A DNA stretch of 64,000 bases. Origin: Camelus dromedarius (taxonomy: Eukaryota). Below are positions 55,609-64,000 of this stretch, one piece after another; the first letter of the stretch is position 1; each line of letters begins with the position of its first letter. The notes under the pieces were generated by a model. It was not told the DNA's origin and searched no databases. It saw nothing but the letters and a program-made list of their open reading frames with translations. The translations under genes were made by a program, and so were the position numbers. The stretch is from NCBI RefSeq assembly GCF_036321535.1, contig NC_087436.1:66218001-66282000 (forward strand), in the 5' to 3' direction.

Positions 55609-56739
55609 TTTACCAGTTTTCATTTCAACTTCATAGAGTCTGGCTAATTTTTAAAATATGCTCTTCAGATTATTAGAGCAATTAAAATCCTTTTATACTG
55701 TTTTTAATAAATTTATAAACTCTGTGTCTGAAGAGATTTCATGAAAGACACTTAAAAGTCATAGGATCTTGCTCTTCTAGTTCAAATTTGATTAAGAATA
55801 AACTAAGCTCATTTTAAAGTATAGTTTAATCATATTTGGTTGTATATTTAATTGAATATATTTTTTAAAAACTGAAATATAATTTTGTTTGATTTTCTAC
55901 TTAATAATTACATATATTAATTGAAGAACCAATGCCAACATGAAACAAATGAATTGACATTTTTAATAAGTTCTCTGGTGCTATCATTAGTTGTAATCTT
56001 AAACTGTGGCAGCCCATGTTGGACTTTGAAAGCTTCATTGTATGGAAAAACTCCTAGCACACTGCTTTATTTTGATGATGTCATCATTATTTTAGCAAAT
56101 GACTAAGTCATATGATACGAGATAATGCTTGCTTTTATTATACTAGGACAAAGAATAACTAACTATGTTCTTGCTTCAGATTATGTTAATGAAATTTAAA
56201 GACATACTCCAGAAAAGCATGTAGGTCTGTACACATGTTGCTGGGTTGAGCTTATTCTGGAAAACAAACAGCAAATAAATTACCACACTTTTGTAATGCC
56301 ATTACTGTACTTTCCAATAATCTTAGTTCCTCCTCAAAACAATCATGCCTAATAGGTTTATCTTCATGAAATAGAATTGGATACGGCAAAACAGGATCAT
56401 TAAGCAAACTGACAAAATTAGAAAGAGAACACACTGAGTTAGATCCCAAGTCTTCTGAGGAAATTTTAATGGCTGAATTTTAATGGCTGTCTGATAAAAA
56501 ACCCAAAACTTTGTTCAGTAGAAAATAAGAAGTGAAGTGAAAATATATATAAGCAAAATGGAGGTTTCCCTGTGATGGGAAATGTAGGTTAGAGATTTAA
56601 CCCTAACAAGCTCCAATCTTTGTTCATGTTTATATAGCTGTAATTGAGTAGTGTGTCTACATAAAGGGAACTATACATATTTAAACATGTGATTGTACAT
56701 GTGAGTTTCAATCATTTTATTTCTGAAATGTACTGTACA

Positions 56740-59580
56740 ATATACTGCAGATAACATAGCTTTAAGGTTTATTAATAAAACAAAAACTCAAACATCTTGA
56801 CATAGCATTAAAAAATAATATTTAAAGTTCTCTTTGTGCCTCTTCAGAAAAGTATCTTGGTCTCTCCTTAAGTTAAACCTTTCCCTTAATTTTAGATTAT
56901 TTATCTCTAAAAACTAAAGTATTGTGAAGGATTTTGGGAACCACTTTTTGATACTTATATAAACAGTGCTTATTCTTCTATGATTGCATGTTCTCCCAAA
57001 CATTCTGTTTTTGAGATTTAGATATATTCATGCATGCAGTGAACATGATTTCAATAGAAGAAAATGGTCACCAGTTATTATACTTGACATGGTCATATAC
57101 CATTCTATTTTTTGTCATATAGTAACATTTATTTAACTGTGATTGGACACAATATTTTACTATAAGTTTGTCAGGTTTTGTTGCATTTTTTTCCCTTTAC
57201 AAACAATTCTGCAACAAAAATATATGTACATGACTCCTAGAACACACATGAAAATATTTTGCTATGTTGTACACCCAGAAGTATAATGGCTGTGCCATAA
57301 ATGAAGACATGTTCAATTGTACTCGAAAATAAAAACTGTTTTCTAAAATTGCTGCATAAATTTAAATGTGCAGTAGAAGTGTATAAAATTTGCAGTAGGA
57401 GTGTATAAATTTTTTTCTGCATTTGATATTGTCATATACTTCATTTTTTCCAAATCAATATGTGTAAAACTTTTTTTCACTGTGATCTTAATTTCCATTT
57501 TCCAGATTATTCATGAGGTCAAGCATGTTTTCATAGATTTATTTGATGACATGCTTTTCCTTTCTTGATACAATCAGTTTAAGATTTTGTTTGCAACTAT
57601 ATTCATTAGGCCTGTAGTTTTCTTTTCTTGTACTATCCTTATTTGGCTTTGATATCAGGGTAATGCTGGCCTTGTAAAATAAGCTGGGGAATGTTCCTTC
57701 CTAATCAATTCTTTGGAACAGTTTAATAAAGACTGACATTAACTATTTATTTTTAAGTTTGGCAGAATTCACCAGTGAAGCTGGACTTTTCTTTGTTGGA
57801 AAATTTTTAGTGCTTTTTAAATCTCTTTACTTGTCTGTTCAGATTTTCTATTGGTTATGTTTCTAGGAATTTCTTTCTTCTAGGTTAATTTGTGTATAGT
57901 TGTTCATAGTAGTATCTTAAGATTCTTTGCACTAAAACTGTATCAGTTGTAATATCTCCTCTTTCATTTCTTATTTTATTTATTTCAGTGTTCGCTCATT
58001 TTTTTTTTTCTCTTAGCCTGGCTAAAATCTTGTCAATTATGTTTATCTTTTTAAAAAAACAAACTCTATTGATTTTTTTCTATTGCCTTTCTAGTCTCTA
58101 TTTCATTTGTCTCTGCTCAGCTTTATTATTTTCTTCATTCTACTAACTTTGGGCTTAGATTCTTCTTTTTCTAGTTCTCTGAGGTGTAAATTTAGGTTGT
58201 TTATTATAAATCTTTTTTTCTCCTTAGTGTACACATTTATTGCTATAAACTCCACTCTTATAACGGCTGTTCCTGCATCCTATAAGTTTTGGTTTATTGC
58301 ATTCCACTTTTGTTTGTCTCAAAACACTCTTCAGCATTTCTTTTGATGTCTTCTTTGACCCATTGGTTGTTCAGGACTGAGAGTCTGAGTACTCTCAAGT
58401 GGCCAAATTTGTCACTGCAGTTACATGCAGTCACCAAAATGTTCTGTTGATTTCTTTTTTCCACCAGTAGCAGCCCTCTGCCTGGACTGAGAAGATAATT
58501 TTTATGTTTTAAATCTTTTTACTGATTGTTCTCAGTATAAGTAAGGATTAGTCTGCCATAGGCCGTAGTATCTTATTTTGCACAAGAAATCTCAAATCTG
58601 ATTTTTAAAATCAACTTTGATAATAGTTTTCTTAAATTGGAGTATAAGGACCATTTATATTTATCACATATTTCTCATATACCAATATGATGAATATGAA
58701 TTTATTTCTATCATTTTTATATGTTTCCTCCCTAATCTGTCTTTAACCACTTTCTTGACTTATTTTGTATTTTTTATTCTTTGTTTTCCTTTTTGTTGCA
58801 CTATTTTCTTTTTCTTATTCTCTTTTTGGGGGGAATTTTACACATATTTATGTCCATTAGTGGTTTATCTTAAAATTTTAGCACTTACATTCAACTTAAA
58901 AATGTGAATACTATTTGATAGATTTTTCTCAGTTCTGCAGCCATATAATGAACTTTATATTATTTTGCATAATTAATATCTTAACATTTATGCTACTGTT
59001 ATTCGGTATTCTTATTTCATATTGATTTATTTATCCTACATACTTGATCTTATTATGCAGTATTGCTGTAGATAATAATTGTCTGGAATTTCCAAATATT
59101 TACAGTTTCTTTTGATCACCTTTTTTCTCCAATTTCTTAGATGAGTTTTCTTTCCTTGAATTTATCTGTCAGTTTTCTGCAGAGATGTTGTGCTGGGACT
59201 AACCCTGTATAATACCATATACTTGGAAACATTTTTCCCCTTTTCTTCTTAAAAGAGAGTTTAATTTGGTATGCAATCAATATTCAGTTATTTAAAGGTA
59301 TTATTTTGTTGTTTATGCTACCATTGTTTCTGCTAAGATATTAGTTGTCAGTCATTTTTCTCTAGGTAATCTGTCTATCTCTTCCCCCTTTTCTTTTTTC
59401 CTTTTAAGATGCTCTGAAGATTCTCTATCTTTGGTTCTGAAGTTTCACTGAAATATATTGGCTGTGGATTTATTTTTTTTGTTTATCATCTTTGGAAGTC
59501 ACTAGGTTTACAGAGTGTGAGAATTGGTGTCATTTCAATTATGTATAAGTCTTGGTCATTTTCTCTTCAAAAATTCACTT
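56740..59580 (-). mobile_element. Cluster of degenerate L1 fragments (clearest ORF2 remnant about 57580-58375)
   Basis: T-rich antisense L1 signature: ggctttgatatcagggtaatgctggccttgtaaaataag; cagaattcaccagtgaagc; ttctttgacccattggttgttcagga. Confidence 0.65.
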
Positions 59581-59934
59581 TCGGATTAAATTTTTTAAAA
59601 TAATGTGAATTTTTAATCTACAGTTATAGTTCAGGTTAATTTTAGCAAGTTTGTGGTATATTAAAAGTACAAAAAACACTTTTAAATACAACTTCAAGAA
59701 ACAATAACTGATAACATCTTAGTATAAACAACTGTTTTGTTTATGCTTTATTAAGCTATAAAAATTATATCATAGACAACATAAATGGATTTCTTAGACT
59801 ATTTCTCAAGTTAATAAAAGTTCTTCTACAACAAAAATTCAGTGACACTATGGTATTATATATCAAAACCAATTTAACCAATCATCTATCTTTTAAATAT
59901 TTAAGTTGTTTCCATCTCTCCTCTCTTATGCTCA

Positions 59935-60640
59935 GTTATTAGGATATGATAGTGAAAAAAGTGGGAAAAATCTTTGCACAGAATTTGCAATCTACTTGGT
60001 GAAAGCCAATACTAAATAACACAGATTAGTAAATTTATGGTATTTTTTAATGTGATAAATGTTGAGGGCAAAACCACATGAAGTGGGAAGGATGGGTACA
60101 GATTATCAGGGTTTGCTATGTGAAATATTAGCATGGCCAGAAAAACTTTCTCTGAGAAAATGTTTTGATAAAGACATGAATCAGACACAAGTCATATAAA
60201 TATCTGGAAGGATATGTCAGAAAGAGAGAACAACAAATACAAAGTCCCAAAGTGGCGGCATGCCATGGGTAAGAAGCCGGACTGCTGGATGGGAGAAGGC
60301 ATTGGAGAGCATGGGATGACATCAGATGGTACCAGAGGGTCAGGTCAGGCTGGATTTTAGGGGTTATAGTGAAGATTTTACTGGGAAATAATTAAGTCTT
60401 TGGGGGATTCTGAGCAGAGAAGTGGCATGATCTGAATTAACAGTGTCACTTTGATTACTTTGTTGAGGTTAAGGAGTGGGCAAATACAGAAACAGTGAGA
60501 CCAGTTAGGAGGTTGCTTTAATGTTCTAGGCCAAAGTTGATGAACTTTTACTGGGGAGGCAGCAGTGGGGCTCCTGTGATCCGCAGATTAAATTTTGGAG
60601 CAAGATCAAACACGAATTTCGGGTAGGCTGGTTATAAACA
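59935..60640 (-). mobile_element. L2 LINE remnant
   Basis: gagagaacaacaaatacaaagtccc; gattctgagcagagaagtggcatgatctga; gagaccagttaggaggttgc. Confidence 0.65.
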
Positions 60641-62309
60641 ACTAAGACTGCAGAAGCAGATAGGTTAGGAATAGAGCAAGAACCATGTAGAGGTCATATT
60701 TATAGGTAAATGTTGTGTCTTTTTCTACGCTGTTATTTATAAGTTCCTGAACATGAAATGTGTATGAAAATGTGTAGATTTAAATATTTTTTCTATCCAA
60801 TGTCAAGTAACTTTCCAATGTGGATTTTACTAACCTGTGCCTTTGAGTAGTGCATGTAACTATTTTCATTCACACCCCTAAATACTAATATTGCTATTTT
60901 TAGTTGCTGTACTCTTTATTAATTAAAGTGCATCTCAATATTGATATAGTGTGTTATTTAATTAGAATAAATCTGATGGGTTCTAAACAAGCTTAATTAA
61001 AAATACTTGAGTTAAAATACCATAATTTTTTACTTCTTCCTGCTTCTTCTTTTATTCTTCATTATTACTCTTTATCCATATTTTTAATTTGTGTAATAAA
61101 TACATCATTTGTCATTTCTTGCCTGCAGAACATTTGAATCTTCTCACACATTTGGGAATTCTCATTATGCCCCTTGGACATGGCAATCTGAAAGGGGAAT
61201 GTCTTTTCTATTTCCATTTATTGCCAGACAAAATATTACTAGACAAGATACTGAATTCTGTTGCTTGTAAGTAAGAACCCTTACTGGTAATGACTTCCAT
61301 ACCCCATTATGCTCAGAATGGGTCTTGCATATGCTGTTGTTTAGTACTTTAATGGGACAAGGATATTTTTATTCATTAGAATTCCTCTTGATGAGAGTAT
61401 CACATGTACTGTGAAGAAATATTTTTGTTAAGCCACTTGGAACTGAAACTGAGACCCTCACTAGATGATTAATCATAAGACAAAAATTTGGTTATTCTGA
61501 GAAAGCAAATATGAAACAGAGAGACACTGCAGCCAGTGAGGTGATATTATAAGGCTATGGGACTGGACAACTTGAATTTTTCCTATTAAAAACAAAACAA
61601 AAGATAAATTAAATATGAATACTACTGTCAAAATTGGAAATACAAGATAAGTAGGAGTTGATATTTATTATAGCAATATGATTATATAATGACTCAAGAT
61701 GATTAACCAGAGGTAATATTATAAGCATATTATTAATTAATATACATTTAACCCTAAAAGAAACTAAGACCCCATAATGTGTTATATGTAAATTCAACTT
61801 TTCAACATTTTTGTTTCTGTCACTTTGCTATCATAAAAATAATCAAGACATATCAGAATCAAGTATTTTCTTTGGATAGGTTATTTTGCTTTGATTACTT
61901 GCATGCATTCCACTGTTTTCAATTATAATTTTCTCATTTTGAATTATTATTTTGAGATAAATGGCACATGCATATGGAAAGGTAAAAATTGAAATTAGGT
62001 GATATAATTCCTGTGGCTCAAAGTATACTATTTTATTTTCACAAATTATTTCATCCCAGTAAAAAATATCACATTTTGTATTGATAAGTACCAATTCAAC
62101 TGCAAATGATTGAAACCAACTTTAACTGTGAAAGACAAAACAAAACCAACAAAGAAACAAAAAAACAAATTAAAAGGGAAAAAAGGAAGATGTATGGTTG
62201 GAGACTGGACTATTGCATGAAATGTAAGGGACAGTTGAGCAATTACTGATCCGAATTTAGGGAAAGAGAAATTCTATCTTCAGGAAAAAAAATAATCTCA
62301 TGGTTGCAC

Positions 62310-62540
62310 CACACCATTTCCTCATTTTTTGCCCTAAGCTTCTCTTCCATCAGGCTATTCCTGAGTTATATGCTTTTATAGTAAGCCAGTGATCTAGTAG
62401 AGTAGAGTAGAATATTTTTCTGAGTTCTATGAGTTGCTGAAGCAAGTTAATTGAACCCAAGGAAGGGTCACTGGGACCTCTCATCTATAGACGGTAGGAA
62501 AGAAGTACAGGTAACAACCTGGACCTGTGACTATGCTCTG

Positions 62541-62590
<50 letters not shown>

Positions 62591-62770
62591 CTGTCTGTCT
62601 GTCTGTGTGTTGGGTGGCAGTCTTATTAGGACCTTAAGGTGTGGAATCTTATACTACCTCTGATGCTATCTCAGAATTGAGTTAAATTGTAGGACATCCA
62701 GCTGGTGTGGGAGAATTGCTTGGTGTTGTTGGGGGAAATCCCTTGACACATTGTAGTAAGTGATCAAAAT
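62310..62770 (+). mobile_element. MER21-type LTR fragment with an internal (GT)n expansion
   Basis: Similar in reverse complement to the 13085-13830 element, e.g. cagaattgagttaaattgtaggacatccagctggtgt...aattgcttggtgt versus caccaacaagcaatt...ttacaatttaactcaattctg. Confidence 0.75.
62543..62584. repeat. (GT)21 microsatellite followed by a short (CTGT)n run
   Basis: Perfect GT run inside the MER21-type fragment. Confidence 0.97.
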
Positions 62771-62959
62771 TTTAAAGATATATGTTTGAAAAACCCATAA
62801 AACCCCACTGGTTGTACTTGCTTTACATTCAGGACTACTGATGTCTCATAAGTTTTAAGTGTTTTCCAACTTGCCTACTACATTTTCTTACTTCACTCTC
62901 CTGGGTTCCTAGATGCCTTTTTCCAAATTCTTCATCTTGTCAGGACTCCAGAATCTCTT

Positions 62960-64000
62960 CTTCCATCCCCAAGTTATCAATAGATAAACATGTTACCATT
63001 TCCCAGTGAAAACAGAAGCAATCAAAAGATATTCCACATGTTGCTTCTACCCATAAATAAATAAATTTGCTTCCTTGTAAATTGCTTTAACTACTGTTAG
63101 GATGCTAAACTCCTATATTCCTTTCTAAGGCCAACCTCCTTTGTAAACTAGATCTCATCCCTTCTTGCTTAACAAAAACATCGCTCAGGTAGTATATCCT
63201 TCCTTATCCACCATTTTTTTTTTCTCTAGTGTATCATTCTGATAAAACAAACAAATGTTATAGATATAATAGCAAAAGATTTTATGACAGCTCTTGTTTA
63301 CAAAATAAAATCCATTTTTACCTATTTCCCCAGTAACTATCTCATTTTTTCCTTCTCTCTTGAAACCAAAACTGCACCCAAGTAAATATTGTCTTACTCA
63401 CTGGCTCCATTTCTTCACCTCCAATTATTTCCTGAACTCACTTTAATCAGATGTTAATGCCTCTTGGTTCAAAGACACCTTTCATTAGGTCCCAAGTGGA
63501 GCAATCTTTAACTCCTCTCCTTTTCTTTCACTCCAAATCCAAATCATGTTAATATCCAATAAGTTTTTCCTTTAAAATTTACACACACAGAGACAATCAA
63601 ATCACACCCTCGTCTCTAGTACATCTAAGGGAGTATGTCACCCAAATTATTGCAATGTTCTCTTAACCATTCTCTGCTTCCAATATGCAGTCTCCATATA
63701 ACAGCCAGAGACTTTTTTAAACAAAATGAGATCATATCAACAGCCTTCATAAAGTGTTGCAGTGGTGTCTTGTCTTATTCAGAGAGTAAGTCAACGGCTT
63801 TACAAATGGTCTACAAAGCTACATGTGATCTTCTCCCCACCACATACGTGATTCTCTGACTTCATTTTCAACCTTTTTTCTTGTAGTTTATTCTCTTCCA
63901 GTAATATTTATTTCCTTTCTGGGTAGCGAATACACCAAGAATGTTCCTATTTTGTGTCCTCTGCACTTGCTCTCTCCTCTCCCTGAAACCGTCTCCATGG
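62960..64000 (+). mobile_element. L2 LINE remnants
   Basis: ctagatctcatcccttcttgc; gcagtctccatataacagccagag; cagagagtaagtcaacggctttacaaatggtctacaaagc. Confidence 0.6.

Noticed and set aside
56462..56489. 14-bp tandem duplication AATTTTAATGGCTG x2 (similar short duplications near 25102-25142 and 50210-50250)
   Set aside because: Ordinary slippage duplications with two copies and no spacer array.
60894..60903. Isolated perfect MEF2 sites (also CTAAAAATAA at 7447 and 15353)
   Set aside because: Expected by chance in very AT-rich DNA, with no supporting motif cluster.
1..64000. CRISPR array, operon or other novel multi-gene system
   Set aside because: The DNA is mammalian intron and upstream sequence; I found no regularly spaced repeat-spacer structure or clustered long ORFs.

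Overview
This is AT-rich mammalian genomic DNA. It is probably from a camelid, inferred from the recalled 3' UTR of the young L1 and the absence of recognisable primate, rodent, carnivore, pig or ruminant SINEs. The window holds the 5' end of TECRL (trans-2,3-enoyl-CoA reductase-like, heart and muscle expressed) on the minus strand. Coding exon 1 is at 44217-44450 and 52-nt exon 2 is at 18520-18571, both with canonical GT-AG sites. Intron 1 is about 25.6 kb, intron 2 runs off the left edge, and about 19 kb of upstream DNA follows the promoter. Most of the remainder is transposon-derived: a 5'-truncated young L1 with a TSD, old L1M/L2/MIR fragments, MaLR and MER21-type LTRs, two further solo LTRs, and microsatellites. 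Most ORFs in the supplied track are chance ORFs. I find no new multi-gene system. The best local observations are (1) a TSD-flanked, tailless retrocopy of the 5' half of tRNA-Val whose anticodon reads GAC, possibly a fossil of A34-to-inosine editing; (2) an out-of-frame upstream ORF overlapping the TECRL start, plus an in-frame ATG opening exon 2; (3) a dense cluster of cardiac transcription-factor motifs at the promoter and 5' UTR; and (4) a possible short 3' transduction in the L1 tail. Repeat family names and most repeat boundaries come from recall of consensus sequences and are approximate.
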